Assembly (NCBI GenBank): GCA_903859365.1
Contig: CAIOMD010000007.1
Location: 64,477-128,476, forward strand
DNA from: an uncultured Candidatus Saccharibacteria bacterium
Lineage (GTDB): Bacteria > Patescibacteriota > Saccharimonadia > Saccharimonadales > CAIOMD01
Direction of reading: 5' to 3'
Length of the DNA: 64,000 bases
The position numbers and the translations under genes were made by a program. The notes under the pieces are model-generated. The model was not told the origin of the DNA and ran no database searches. It was given only the letters and a program-made list of their open reading frames with translations. Position 1 is the first letter of the stretch; the number at the start of each line of letters is the position of its first letter. Positions 18,771-28,894 of this stretch are shown one piece after another.

Positions 18771-21536
18771 TTAAGGTAAGTTTGATGGAGTTGCAGGGGC
18801 TTCTTTTAGCGTAATTGAATCAGATGTAATGTCGTAGAGGTTTGCGTCTATTACCTCAGCAGTAAGGGTGCCTGAGCCAGATCCAGCAGGAAGGGTGAAG
18901 GTTAGTGGTGGGTTTGGATAGGTGCCTGAAGAGGTTACCGCAAGTGAGCCGCCGTTTATTATATCGCCATTTAGCTTGAAGTTAAGCGTGGTAAGCGCAG
19001 CTTTTCCTTGCGTAACGGTTGCAGATACTGCATAACTTCCGTCATTATTTTGATGAGCGCTCAGCTGCACACTTGGCTGATCTTGCGTAAAGCAGCTATT
19101 GCCATCGCCATGAACATTATCTGTCGCTGTTGGTGCAGAGCCACCAACAGGACCGTATCGAGCGATGATTGGTCCGACCCATGCACCGAAATTTGGATCT
19201 GACGTAGGAAGCTCGGGCAGAAAGCCGCCGCCTGATTGTGTTTTACGGGCAAGCGCTGGTGTACAGTCAGTTGCAAGAAGTCCAGATACTGAATCTATTG
19301 CTGTTGTTTGTGAAGTAGAGGGATATTGTGGATTGTACCAGCTAGGGAAAACGTCACACTTTCCACCTGAATTTGTTGCATAGCCCGAGTTTGTGTCAAT
19401 ACAGACAGTTTTCATATTAGAAGGTTTTGTCCATGCGGTGTTGCTTATATGAAGTTCCTCATCCGCTTGAGTCATGAATGATCGCCATTTGCCTGCTAGA
19501 TTATTTTCTGCAAAATAAGTATGCAAAGAGAATGGCTCTCCATTTCCATCAACTCCTCCTGCCCACATTCCGTAAACAATATCATTGGTGTATCCCATGA
19601 AAAGGTTATTATCTTGAGAATCCGTTGTACCAGTCTTAGAAGCAACCATTACATTACCTGGTAGATTTCCGCCTTCATAATTTGATGCTTCACTTGTATT
19701 AAGCATGCTGTTTATGGAGTAGGCGATTTGAGGATCAAGAACTTGCTGGCCACTACTGTCTTTCCACTGGTATAGGGATTTATTGTTTGAATCTGTAATA
19801 CTTAAAATATATGCTTCCGGCTTGTATACCCCGCCTCGCGATGCGGTAGCGTAGCTATTTGCATGTTCATCTAGCCGTAAGCTGCCAGATCCAATTGCTG
19901 AGTCAAGGCCACAACTCCCACCGCATTTATATCCACTTACAAGACCCATTTTCTCGGAAAGATTAATAGTATTTTGAGTGCCTGCTATGTACATTGCTTT
20001 AATAGCTGGCACGTTTCTTGAATTACCAAACGCCAGACGCATTGATTCCGCACCCTGGCTTCCATTGTCAAAGTCATGAGGGATGAAGCCTCCTCCAAAA
20101 TCAGTATTCATGTCATATAAAGTTGAACCAGCCCCCCAGCTTTTGCTGGTAGCCATAAGGGCACTATAATCATATATCTTGTATGATGATCCGGGTTCAT
20201 GTGGAGAGGTTGCATTATTAACTTGGCTCGTTTCATAGTTGCTTCCTCCAACTTCTGCAAGTACTTGACCTGTTTTGGCATCAAGTGCAACTGATGCGAG
20301 ATCATCCTTCGTGTTCCATCTATTTTCCTCGATCTTCAATTCAGCTATATTCTTTTCCGCTAGTGACTGTAGTTTAGGATTAAGCGTGGTAATAATCGTT
20401 AAGCCGGCGCTTGCAATGTTTTCTAGCTTACATTTGCTATCAATTGATGAATCGAAATTAATTGATTCACAGTAAGCGCATTCACTGGTGTCAAGACCAG
20501 AATAGATACAAGCAGCTTGCGTCTCAGCTTCATCTACAAAGAAAGGAGCATTTTTTCCAACAGCACTATTTCCAGAATTTGTAACCTTAGCAAGTGTATT
20601 GACCTTTTTAGCTGCATCACCTTGTGCCTTCGTGATCATACCTTGTTGGACCATAAGATCAATCACATGGTGTTGTCTGGTGGTTAAATCTTGAGTGTGA
20701 CTGCCATAAGGTGAGTAATAGGTTGGTGCGGGAATAATAGCAGTAAGCATCGCTGCTTCATCGATTGTTAGATCTTTCGCCTGTTTATTAAAATAACCTC
20801 TCGATGCTGCTTCTGCGCCATTATAAATCGAGCCAAAGGGAACTTCATTAAGATAGGCATTTAAAATAGCATCTTTTGAATATTTTCTTTCAACATCAAT
20901 TGAGACGACAAGTTCTACAATCTTTCTAGAAATTGTTCTTGCTTGCGTTTTAAGTAAAGAATTCTTTACATACTGTTGAGTTATTGTTGAGCCGCCTTGC
21001 GTGGAACCTCCAGTTATATCATTCACAAAAGCACGCCCAAGGCCTCTTACGCTAAATGCACCTTCGTTATAAAAGTTTTTATCCTCTGAAGCAACCACCG
21101 ACTGACGAAGATAGGGGGATATATTATCTAATGTAACAGGCGTACAGATTGAGTTGCCTGATATTGCATACAGGAGCGATTTATCGCTTGCTAAAATATT
21201 TGAACTTTCACCTTGAGTGCAAGAATTGAGGTTGATATTTTTCGGTAGATCTTTTCCAAAAAATGCAAAAAGAGCAAGAATCAAAATCATAAAACTTATA
21301 ACCCCGACGCCGAATAGCTTCAGCGCCATAATGCCACCTTCACGACTAAACCAATAGTGGTACAGATTAGCTGGTTTTAATTTATAAAGGATCCTTTTAA
21401 GTCTGGTTTTGGGCATTGCAGCTAAAAACTCAGCTCTTTTGCGGGCCCGCTCGTCGTTATGAACACTTGAACTGTTTCTTTTAACGTTTCTGTTAATACG
21501 AACATTCCTGCTACTAGTTTTCGATTTTTTACTCAT
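18771..21536 (-). CDS. class A penicillin-binding protein (glycosyltransferase + transpeptidase) with Ig-like C-terminal extension
   Basis: GT51 motifs ASEDKNFYNEGAFS and GGSTITQQY. Transpeptidase SxxK (SSYK), SxN (SRN) and KTG (KTGTT). Basic cytoplasmic tail plus one TM helix. Confidence 0.92.
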   Translation of the reverse strand: MSKKSKTSSRNVRINRNVKRNSSSVHNDERARKRAEFLAAMPKTRLKRILYKLKPANLYHYWFSREGGIMALKLFGVGVISFMILILALFAFFGKDLPKNINLNSCTQGESSNILASDKSLLYAISGNSICTPVTLDNISPYLRQSVVASEDKNFYNEGAFSVRGLGRAFVNDITGGSTQGGSTITQQYVKNSLLKTQARTISRKIVELVVSIDVERKYSKDAILNAYLNEVPFGSIYNGAEAASRGYFNKQAKDLTIDEAAMLTAIIPAPTYYSPYGSHTQDLTTRQHHVIDLMVQQGMITKAQGDAAKKVNTLAKVTNSGNSAVGKNAPFFVDEAETQAACIYSGLDTSECAYCESINFDSSIDSKCKLENIASAGLTIITTLNPKLQSLAEKNIAELKIEENRWNTKDDLASVALDAKTGQVLAEVGGSNYETSQVNNATSPHEPGSSYKIYDYSALMATSKSWGAGSTLYDMNTDFGGGFIPHDFDNGSQGAESMRLAFGNSRNVPAIKAMYIAGTQNTINLSEKMGLVSGYKCGGSCGLDSAIGSGSLRLDEHANSYATASRGGVYKPEAYILSITDSNNKSLYQWKDSSGQQVLDPQIAYSINSMLNTSEASNYEGGNLPGNVMVASKTGTTDSQDNNLFMGYTNDIVYGMWAGGVDGNGEPFSLHTYFAENNLAGKWRSFMTQADEELHISNTAWTKPSNMKTVCIDTNSGYATNSGGKCDVFPSWYNPQYPSTSQTTAIDSVSGLLATDCTPALARKTQSGGGFLPELPTSDPNFGAWVGPIIARYGPVGGSAPTATDNVHGDGNSCFTQDQPSVQLSAHQNNDGSYAVSATVTQGKAALTTLNFKLNGDIINGGSLAVTSSGTYPNPPLTFTLPAGSGSGTLTAEVIDANLYDITSDSITLKEAPATPSNLP

Positions 21537-21723
21537 TTTCTACTCTGGCTAAATGCCTTTAGTTTGCTATATCCTATAAACCTCAAATTCTTAACCCTTT
21601 TCTTCATTTAGTATACCAAATGTAGTAAATAGTTGTAGTAATTCTTATGATTTACTAATCATCAAAGAGCAATAGAAAATATGATTTTTCTTTGAAGCTT
21701 ATGAGACTGATACACTAACAGTA

Positions 21724-23763
21724 ATGAATCTTGAAACAAATCTTAAAGAACTCAAAGGAGTGGGTGATCGACTGTATAGTATATTACAAAACAATGAGCT
21801 AAAAACAATTGGAGATTTGTTGCTTTATTTTCCTAGAAAATATGATGATTACTCTGATGTTCTGGCAATTTCATCAATGCGCCCAGGTCTCGTCACAATT
21901 ATAGTCACCTTTTCTAATATAAAAACACGACGGGTTCGGCGGGGGCTACACATTACAGAAGCTGTTGCGAGTGATGCATCTGGTAAGGTTAAGGTCGTGT
22001 GGTTTAATCAGCCATATCGCGCAAAAGCTATTGATCTAAACGTTTCATATTATCTTAGTGGCAATTTCGATTTAAGTAATCAACAACTCCAGATTACTAA
22101 TCCTAGTATTGAAAAAGCAGAATTAGCTCTACATAGTCAGACTGCAAGAATCCTGCCGACCTATCGAGAATCGAAAGAACTCACTTCAGTCCTCATTCGT
22201 AAATTAATTGCACAAATAGAACAGCTAAACCTTTCGATTCCTGAAACACTCCCGGAATGGGTCGTCAAAAAAGCTAAGGTTATTTCATATAAAGAGGCAA
22301 TTTTTTCAATCCACCTTCCAAAGTCAACTGAGAATCTTACTAAAGCTAAAGAACGGCTAGGCTTTGAGGAGCTATTCATTATTATGTGCGCCGCCCAGGC
22401 AAATAAAATAGAAGCAACAAAAGTGCCATCTCCTAAAATTCCTTTTTTGCAAAAATCTGCAATCGATTTCGTGAGTAATTTACCCTTCACCTTAACCGAT
22501 GCTCAAAGAAAAACGGTATGGCAAATTTATTTAGACATGGAACGCGATGAACCAATGAATCGTCTCGTTGAGGGAGATGTAGGCTCAGGAAAAACAGTCG
22601 TAGCAGCTATGGCTTCTCTGATGGTGGCAGAAGGCGGGCTTCAGGTAGCCTTACTTGCACCAACAGAGCTACTAGCTCAGCAACACGCCTTAACATTTGA
22701 AAAAGTATTTAGTCACAGCAAATTTGGCAAGAGAATTGGCTTACTCACCGGAAGTTTGAAGGCTGGTGAGAAAAAAGCTCTCAAGGAAAAGATTGAGAGC
22801 AATAAAATAAGTATTGTGATAGGTACGCATGCTCTTTTACAAGAAAGTGTTAATTGGCATAATTTAGGATTAGTTATCATTGATGAACAACATCGTTTTG
22901 GCGTACAACAACGACAGAAACTTCATCTTAAATCTGGCTATATGCCACACGTTCTGTGTTTAACGGCTACACCTATCCCAAGAAGCTTAGCGTTGACGGT
23001 ATATGGGGAACTTTCCTTGTCTATTCTTGATCAAGCCCCAAGCAATCGAGCTGGCGTAATTACAGAAATAGTTTCACCTAATTCAGTGAAGCAAATGTAT
23101 GAAAAAATGATTGAGCAATTACGAATTGGACATCAAGCATATATTGTTTGTCCGCTCATAGAAGAAAGTATTTCGTTGCAGGTAGATAGTGCCCAGAAAG
23201 TATATACAGAACTATCCAAAGGAGTACTAAAAGATTGGAAAGTTGGTCTACTACACGGAAAGCTCAAAGCTGAAGAAAAAGATGCAATAATGCGAAAGTT
23301 TATTTCTAAGGAAATAGATGTACTTGTTTCAACAACGGTGATTGAAGTAGGGGTAGATGTAGCCAACGCAACCTTTATGGTTATTTTATCAGCAGATAGA
23401 TTTGGTCTTGCGCAACTTCATCAACTAAGAGGACGAGTTGGCAGATATATCCACAAAGGCTATTGTTGTCTCGTGTTGAGTGATTCGAAGGCTCCTTCGA
23501 AACGTATGCGTGCTATTGCCCAAACTACAGATGGGTTTGAACTTGCGGAACTTGATCTTGAAATACGTGGACCTGGCGCAATTTATGGGTTGCGTCAGCA
23601 CGGTGGCCTTGATCTCAGAATAGCCTCCCTAGCGGACACCAAGCTCATTCTTCGAGCACGGAATGTCGTATCTCAATTTATGGAAAAAGAAGAAAATCTG
23701 TTAAAATATAAGCAAATCGCCCAACAAGTACGGCGCGCAAGTAAGCTGACCTACTTGAACTAA
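21724..23763 (+). CDS. recG: ATP-dependent DNA helicase RecG
   Basis: Wedge-domain N-terminus, Walker A GDVGSGKTVVA, DEQH box (IIDEQHRFGV), QLHQLRGRVGR motif. Confidence 0.95.
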   Translation: MNLETNLKELKGVGDRLYSILQNNELKTIGDLLLYFPRKYDDYSDVLAISSMRPGLVTIIVTFSNIKTRRVRRGLHITEAVASDASGKVKVVWFNQPYRAKAIDLNVSYYLSGNFDLSNQQLQITNPSIEKAELALHSQTARILPTYRESKELTSVLIRKLIAQIEQLNLSIPETLPEWVVKKAKVISYKEAIFSIHLPKSTENLTKAKERLGFEELFIIMCAAQANKIEATKVPSPKIPFLQKSAIDFVSNLPFTLTDAQRKTVWQIYLDMERDEPMNRLVEGDVGSGKTVVAAMASLMVAEGGLQVALLAPTELLAQQHALTFEKVFSHSKFGKRIGLLTGSLKAGEKKALKEKIESNKISIVIGTHALLQESVNWHNLGLVIIDEQHRFGVQQRQKLHLKSGYMPHVLCLTATPIPRSLALTVYGELSLSILDQAPSNRAGVITEIVSPNSVKQMYEKMIEQLRIGHQAYIVCPLIEESISLQVDSAQKVYTELSKGVLKDWKVGLLHGKLKAEEKDAIMRKFISKEIDVLVSTTVIEVGVDVANATFMVILSADRFGLAQLHQLRGRVGRYIHKGYCCLVLSDSKAPSKRMRAIAQTTDGFELAELDLEIRGPGAIYGLRQHGGLDLRIASLADTKLILRARNVVSQFMEKEENLLKYKQIAQQVRRASKLTYLN

Positions 23764-23781
23764 GAGCAGCAAAATTTTTAT

Positions 23782-24603
23782 ATGTATTCTGGATCAACCT
23801 TAACTAATCGTTCCGGCAATTTAGCCGGGGCTCATCAAAAACTTGACCGTATCGCACGAAAGTCATTGGCGGATTTGTTGAAGCAAAATACAAATTTTCC
23901 TGCAACTAAACTAATACTTCATTTCGAAGGCAAAAATGGCCCAGATAGTGCAAAGATTAAACTTGACGGAGAACATGCACCATGGCACTTCTTTGATCCT
24001 TTTGATACCGATGACAGTGCCCTCATCAAGCTCATAACTGACCACAAAAAAAATCTTGTTAAAAGCCTCAAAGCCAACAACCTTGAGCGTGCAGCGTTTG
24101 AAGCAAGTTGGATGGCTCATGCAATTGTTGACGGCTTAACCCCAGCCCACCATTATCCTTTTGAAGAAGAGTTAGAAAAACTTCGAGGTGAAGGCAAGGA
24201 AACAAGGACCACAGTGCTTAAAAAACTTATTATTCCAGCGACTACCAAAAAAGAGCTTGTCGCAAAGAACTGGGAAATGTGGGGAGCCAAAGGACTTTTT
24301 ACTACTCACGCATTATTTGAATGGGGAGCAGCTATGATTATTGCACCTATGTCGTCATCTATTGCTGTACCATCGCGTTACGATATTAAGACAATAGAGC
24401 ATTTAGGCGTGGGTGAGTATTTTAAAAGAATTGCTCGAGAAATTGCCATGCTTAATCTATATGAGAATTTCTATGAAAAAGGCTGGACACCACGCCTTGC
24501 TAATAAGATTCGCAAGGAATTAGCGCCAAGAATGGCTAAAACTATTACACTCGCCTGGTATATGGCAGCTAAAGAAGCAGAACTAACAACTGCTGAGGTT
24601 TAA
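23782..24603 (+). CDS. zinc-dependent phospholipase C / S1-P1 nuclease-fold-like protein (tentative)
   Basis: His/Asp ligand-like motifs recalled from the Zn-PLC family: WHFFDPFD (compare HFYDPD), AHAIVDGLTPAHH (compare LHYLGDVNQPMHA), HALFEW (compare HSKYE). No signal peptide is visible. Confidence 0.5.
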   Translation: MYSGSTLTNRSGNLAGAHQKLDRIARKSLADLLKQNTNFPATKLILHFEGKNGPDSAKIKLDGEHAPWHFFDPFDTDDSALIKLITDHKKNLVKSLKANNLERAAFEASWMAHAIVDGLTPAHHYPFEEELEKLRGEGKETRTTVLKKLIIPATTKKELVAKNWEMWGAKGLFTTHALFEWGAAMIIAPMSSSIAVPSRYDIKTIEHLGVGEYFKRIAREIAMLNLYENFYEKGWTPRLANKIRKELAPRMAKTITLAWYMAAKEAELTTAEV

Positions 24604-24606
24604 GTC

Positions 24607-25137
24607 ATGCGTATAATTGCCGGTTCACTTGGTGGTTTAACCTTCGAGAGTCCACGTAGTCACAAGACTCATCCAATGAGTGAGAAAATGCGAGGAGCGT
24701 TATTTAATAGTCTTGGTGATATTAGCGGACTTACTGTTTTTGATGCGTATGGAGGGAGCGGTGCTATAGGACTTGAGGCATTCAGTAGAGGTGCTTCCAA
24801 AGTGCTCATTACTGAAATAGATTATCTTGCTACAAAAATAATCAGCGATAATATTAAAAAACTAGGGGTTGAGGAGAGCGTTACTTTAGTGCGGGCGAAT
24901 GCTGCATCGTATAGCGTTAAGAATCCTTTAAATAAGTTCTCCATAGTTATTTGTGACCCACCGTATGATGACATTGTACATAATCAAATACTTCAGCTTG
25001 GATCTAGCGTTGAGAAAGACGGCCTACTTGTATTATCGTTGCCTCCAGAATATAAAAGTTATGTACTTGACGGCTTCGAACTCATACAGCAAAAAAAATA
25101 TGGTGATGCCACTCTAGTCTTTCAGCGAAAAATCTGA
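24607..25137 (+). CDS. rsmD: 16S rRNA (guanine966-N2)-methyltransferase RsmD
   Basis: RIIAGSLGG, DAYGGSGAIGLEAFSRGA (SAM site), DPPY motif. Confidence 0.9.
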   Translation: MRIIAGSLGGLTFESPRSHKTHPMSEKMRGALFNSLGDISGLTVFDAYGGSGAIGLEAFSRGASKVLITEIDYLATKIISDNIKKLGVEESVTLVRANAASYSVKNPLNKFSIVICDPPYDDIVHNQILQLGSSVEKDGLLVLSLPPEYKSYVLDGFELIQQKKYGDATLVFQRKI

Positions 25138-25164
25138 TAAATTAAATCGGTACTACATTTTTAT

Positions 25165-25249
25165 GCCGCGGTGGTGGAATTGGTAGACACGCTAGCCTTA
25201 GGAGCTAGTGCCTCCGGGCGTGAAGGTTCAAGTCCTTTCCGCGGTACCA
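25165..25249 (+). tRNA. tRNA-Leu (anticodon UAG), class II with long variable arm, CCA encoded
   Basis: Hand fold: acceptor GCCGCGG/CCGCGGU (terminal G-U), anticodon stem CUAGC/GCUAG with loop CUUAGGA, variable arm GCCUCCGGGCGU, T arm GAAGG-UUCAAGU-CCUUU, then A-CCA. Confidence 0.93.
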
Positions 25250-25261
25250 AATGAAGGTAAC

Positions 25262-25295
25262 AAAATCCCCCATTCTATGTGGGATTTTTCATTTT
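25262..25295 (+). terminator. intrinsic terminator after tRNA-Leu
   Basis: AAAATCCC ... GGGATTTT stem followed by a T-rich tract. Confidence 0.6.
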
Positions 25296-25351
25296 AACAG
25301 CTTAAAAATGCTCATCAAGATTCTTATCTTATGGTATTCTAATAAACAGAT

Positions 25352-26608
25352 ATGACACAAACACTATCCGAAGAATTAACATGGCGTGGATTTGTAAATC
25401 AAACAACCTATCCAGATATTGCAGCGCTTGATGGAGCGCCTATTACTTTTTATTGGGGTGTAGATCCAAGCGCAGCTAGCATGACCGTTGGTCACCTTGC
25501 AGTAGCTATGATGATTCGGCATTTTATCAGTGCTGGTCACAAACCGATTCTTCTTGTTGGTGGAGCGACGGGTCTTATTGGAGACCCTGATGGCAAAACA
25601 CAGGAAAGAGATCTCAAAACCAATGAAGAAATTGATAAAAATGTGCAGTGTATTAAAAAGCAATACGAGCAAGTATTTTCCGGACAAGACCTTAAACTTG
25701 TCAATAACTATGATTGGTTTAAGAATTTTGGGTATCTTAGCTTTCTTCGCGAAATAGGCAAACACGTCCCAATGCGACAAATGCTTGGACGCGAATTTGT
25801 GCAATCACGTCTTGGTGAAGATGGGGCAGGCATTAGCTATGCTGAATTCAGCTATTCATTAATCCAGGGTTACGATTTTCTACATCTATTTAAAGAACAC
25901 GGAGCAACTTTGCAGGTTTGTGGCGCTGACCAATGGGGTAATTGCATTGCAGGCGTTGAACTTATTCGGCGTATAAGCGGAGGTGAAGCCCATATATTCT
26001 CAGCCCCCCTTGTTATTAATAAAGCAACAGGTGTTAAGTTTGGTAAAAGTGAGGAAGGCGCAGTATGGCTCGATCCAGCGCTTACGTCTCCCTACAAGTT
26101 TTATCAGTTTTGGCTCAATGCAGATGATGAAAGTGTTAAAGATTATCTAAAACTGTATACGATGCTTTCCAAAGATGAGTATGTTCAGCTCATTCAAGAA
26201 TTCGAAGAAGACAAAAGTGCTCGAAAAGCTCAAAAAGTTCTTGCTTACGAAGTGACTAAGATTGTCCATGGTGAGGCACGAGCCCAAAGGGTTCAAAAAA
26301 TTAGTGAAGTACTTTTTGGAAACGGCGAATATCGGGAGCTCAAAAAAGAAGATTTTATTGAACTAGGAGAAGAACTTGGCATGTTTGAAGCAAATGAAGG
26401 AGTAGATCTTGCTGGTTCACTCGTTGAAGCTGGGCTTGCAACTTCAAAGGGAGAAGCACGTCGCTTCCTTGACAGTAACGCGGTATATATTAACGGTTCT
26501 CAAATTCCTCTTAGCAAGATAACTATTGATAGTGATGATGCAATTAATGGTTTTGTGGTACTTCGTAGAGGTAAGAACGCACAAGTAATAATAAAGCTAG
26601 GAGCGTAA
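25352..26608 (+). CDS. tyrS: tyrosyl-tRNA synthetase
   Basis: Class I fold with a HIGH-variant (TVGHLAVA), KFGKSE (KMSKS-type) and a C-terminal S4 domain. Confidence 0.93.
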   Translation: MTQTLSEELTWRGFVNQTTYPDIAALDGAPITFYWGVDPSAASMTVGHLAVAMMIRHFISAGHKPILLVGGATGLIGDPDGKTQERDLKTNEEIDKNVQCIKKQYEQVFSGQDLKLVNNYDWFKNFGYLSFLREIGKHVPMRQMLGREFVQSRLGEDGAGISYAEFSYSLIQGYDFLHLFKEHGATLQVCGADQWGNCIAGVELIRRISGGEAHIFSAPLVINKATGVKFGKSEEGAVWLDPALTSPYKFYQFWLNADDESVKDYLKLYTMLSKDEYVQLIQEFEEDKSARKAQKVLAYEVTKIVHGEARAQRVQKISEVLFGNGEYRELKKEDFIELGEELGMFEANEGVDLAGSLVEAGLATSKGEARRFLDSNAVYINGSQIPLSKITIDSDDAINGFVVLRRGKNAQVIIKLGA

Positions 26609-26609
26609 G

Positions 26610-27890
26610 ATGGCACTTTCCACTGCACCATACAAAGGAGCTCGAGATTTTTATCCTGAAGACCAACGAATTGAAATGTATATTTTCTTTGTGTGGAGAG
26701 AAGTTGCTCTTAAGTTCGGCTACGAGGAATATAACGCTTCAATCATTGAATCCGAAGAACTTTATCTTTCAAAAACGAGCCAAGAAATCGTCAATGAGCA
26801 AACCTACTCTTTTGAGGATCGTGGCGGAAGAAAGGTAACTTTACGTCCAGAAATGACCCCAACTGTAAGCCGTATGGTCGCAGCTCGACGGCAAGAACTT
26901 GCCTACCCACTTAGATTATTTAGTATTCCGAATGTTTGGAGATATGAGCGTCCACAAAGAGGAAGGCTGAGAGAACACTGGCAGCTAAACGTTGATCTTT
27001 TTGGCGTTTCTGAACTTGCTGCTGATCATGAAATGATCATTCTAGCTGATAGTATTATGCAACGCTTTGGGGCTAATAGGGATAGCTATTCTATACGGAT
27101 AAATAGCCGTAAGCTTATTGATCACCTGCTTAAAACACGCTACTCAATGGATGAAGAAAATGCCCTTGCAGTTATAAGACTTATCGATAAGAAGAATAAG
27201 ATGACTAAGGAAGTATTTAATGATGGGCTTCAAAAATTAGTGCACTCAGATCACATTGAAGAACTTACTGGAATCTTAGATGCAAACGATTTCAGCAGCC
27301 TACCCGATGACGTGAGGGCGTTGCCATCCGCCCAACAGATCCATAATCTTCAGATGCTCTTAGGTCGCGTAGGCATCACCAATGTCACCTTCGACACCAG
27401 TCTCATGAGGGGGTTTGATTATTACACAGATATTGTTTTTGAAATGTTTGATACAGCACCAGAAAATAATCGATCATTATTCGGCGGCGGTCGCTACGAC
27501 GGACTTGTCGGTCTTTTTGGAGTAGAGCCCTTACCGACTGTTGGTTTCGGCATGGGCGATGTGTCAATTCGTGATTTTCTGGAAACCCATAAACTTCTTC
27601 CTGAATTCGGTACAACAGTTGATGTCGCGGTCCTTATAGTAGGTAATCATTACGAAGCACTTGTTGAGCTTATTTCAGACTTACGATCTGAAGGAATCCA
27701 TGTGGCGGTTGATGCAACTGACCGAAAGCTTGATAAAAAAATAAAATCTGCAGATAAATCTGGCTACAAAAAAGTACTGATTATTGGGGATAACGAACTA
27801 AAGATCAAGCGAGTTGTCTTAAAAGATCTCGAAACAGGCCAAGAAACTTCAGTTTCTTTTGCAAACATTGCAGATAAGCTTTTTTCGTAG
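26610..27890 (+). CDS. hisS: histidyl-tRNA synthetase
   Basis: Class II HisRS motifs RPEMTPTVSRM, RYERPQRGRLREHWQLNVD and GGGRYDGL, plus a C-terminal anticodon-binding domain. Confidence 0.9.
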   Translation: MALSTAPYKGARDFYPEDQRIEMYIFFVWREVALKFGYEEYNASIIESEELYLSKTSQEIVNEQTYSFEDRGGRKVTLRPEMTPTVSRMVAARRQELAYPLRLFSIPNVWRYERPQRGRLREHWQLNVDLFGVSELAADHEMIILADSIMQRFGANRDSYSIRINSRKLIDHLLKTRYSMDEENALAVIRLIDKKNKMTKEVFNDGLQKLVHSDHIEELTGILDANDFSSLPDDVRALPSAQQIHNLQMLLGRVGITNVTFDTSLMRGFDYYTDIVFEMFDTAPENNRSLFGGGRYDGLVGLFGVEPLPTVGFGMGDVSIRDFLETHKLLPEFGTTVDVAVLIVGNHYEALVELISDLRSEGIHVAVDATDRKLDKKIKSADKSGYKKVLIIGDNELKIKRVVLKDLETGQETSVSFANIADKLFS

Positions 27891-28003
27891 AGGAAAGTCC
27901 AGTAATTTTTCTATGCAAATAGATGGTCTTTTCTTTTCAATTTATTTCAATATACTTATGCTTAGAACTAACTAACAATATAAATAGAAAGTACATATCT
28001 ACA

Positions 28004-28657
28004 ATGGGCAAGATATCTAACAACACTAATAAGAACAAAGGCTTCACACTCTTTGAAGTCCTATTACTAATAGTAGTACTCATTCTCGTAGGAGGACTAG
28101 GCTACCTAGGCTTTAAACAAGTAAACAAGAAGTCTAAGACTAGTACTACAACTACTACACAAAAGAGTGCGATGCAAAATACCAAAGAGAACGTTGCTAC
28201 TACAACCAAGCTGGACACAACAGTTCATGAGGTTGGTATTACGATACAAACAGAAGCAGACATCAGCAAATTACCCGATTATACGCCAAGTAGCTTTAAG
28301 GCCTACATGCTGAATTTATTAAAGAATAACACGCCTTTTGCAGCATTCCCCGGACAAGCGGATGAAGGACCCTTACTAACAATGCAATATGGAATTAGTA
28401 AAATAAGCCAAGTAAATATTTCTGGTAGTGCGAGTGCGGCACCAGTCGATAAAGCTGTAAATGGCTATTTCGGTAGTACCCCTACAATTTGGGTACTAAC
28501 ACCAGCAGGCACATGGGACGAAGAAAGCCTGGATGGTATTGTTTGTAAAAGCAAGAATGGCGGTCTTGTTTACGAAGAATTTGTTAAGCAATGCCTCGAC
28601 AGCGCAGGTGATTTGGTTCAGAATCCAAATGGCTCAATAACATCACTGGCTCAGTAG
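28004..28657 (+). CDS. type IV pilin-like protein (prepilin N-terminal cleavage/methylation domain)
   Basis: MGKISNNTNKNKG|FTLFEVLLLIVVLILVGG fits a class III signal with Glu at +5. Thr-run linker (TSTTTTTQ). C-terminal Cys pair (VCKSKNG...VKQC). ATG at 28004 is preferred over 27923. Confidence 0.8.
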   Translation: MGKISNNTNKNKGFTLFEVLLLIVVLILVGGLGYLGFKQVNKKSKTSTTTTTQKSAMQNTKENVATTTKLDTTVHEVGITIQTEADISKLPDYTPSSFKAYMLNLLKNNTPFAAFPGQADEGPLLTMQYGISKISQVNISGSASAAPVDKAVNGYFGSTPTIWVLTPAGTWDEESLDGIVCKSKNGGLVYEEFVKQCLDSAGDLVQNPNGSITSLAQ

Positions 28658-28894
28658 TTTCGACAAATTTATCGTATATCTACCGATCTTATCATCTCTT
28701 GTGTTTAACAGATTTAAATTTCTCCTATACAACCTATGGACGACAATAAACAATCGCAAGTAGGAGCTGATGTTGCAATATTTCGCTCTACTTTCCCTTC
28801 AATCGCGCAACTACCATAGTTCTAGAATTAAACTCTAGTCCGAGCCAATTAACTCTTTAAAGCCTCAGTTATTTGTGGTACAGTTAACTCTTAT

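Noticed and set aside
27890-27901. GAGGAAAGTCC, identical to the conserved RNase P RNA P4/CR-I string, immediately after the hisS stop.
   Set aside because: The flanking 113-nt intergenic region is AT-rich and far too short for RNase P RNA. It lacks the complementary P4 3' strand (ACAGAAnCCGGCUUA-like) and any G+C-rich helices. This is most likely a chance match.
27923-28003. N-terminal extensions proposed by the ORF track: pilin at 27923, rplW at 49282, rplX at 53015, clpP at 30189, the CAP protein at 4603, secY at 56713, rplS at 7740, pilB at 5092.
   Set aside because: Each extension overlaps the preceding gene, uses a non-ATG codon, or adds residues absent from the canonical family N-terminus. 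Downstream ATGs restore the conserved N-termini and the compact gene spacing.
28736-28819. A 27-aa ORF (MDDNKQSQVGADVAIFRSTFPSIAQLP) in the long pilin-tig intergenic region.
   Set aside because: It has no SD or promoter context and no recognisable family. It is too short to support from sequence alone.
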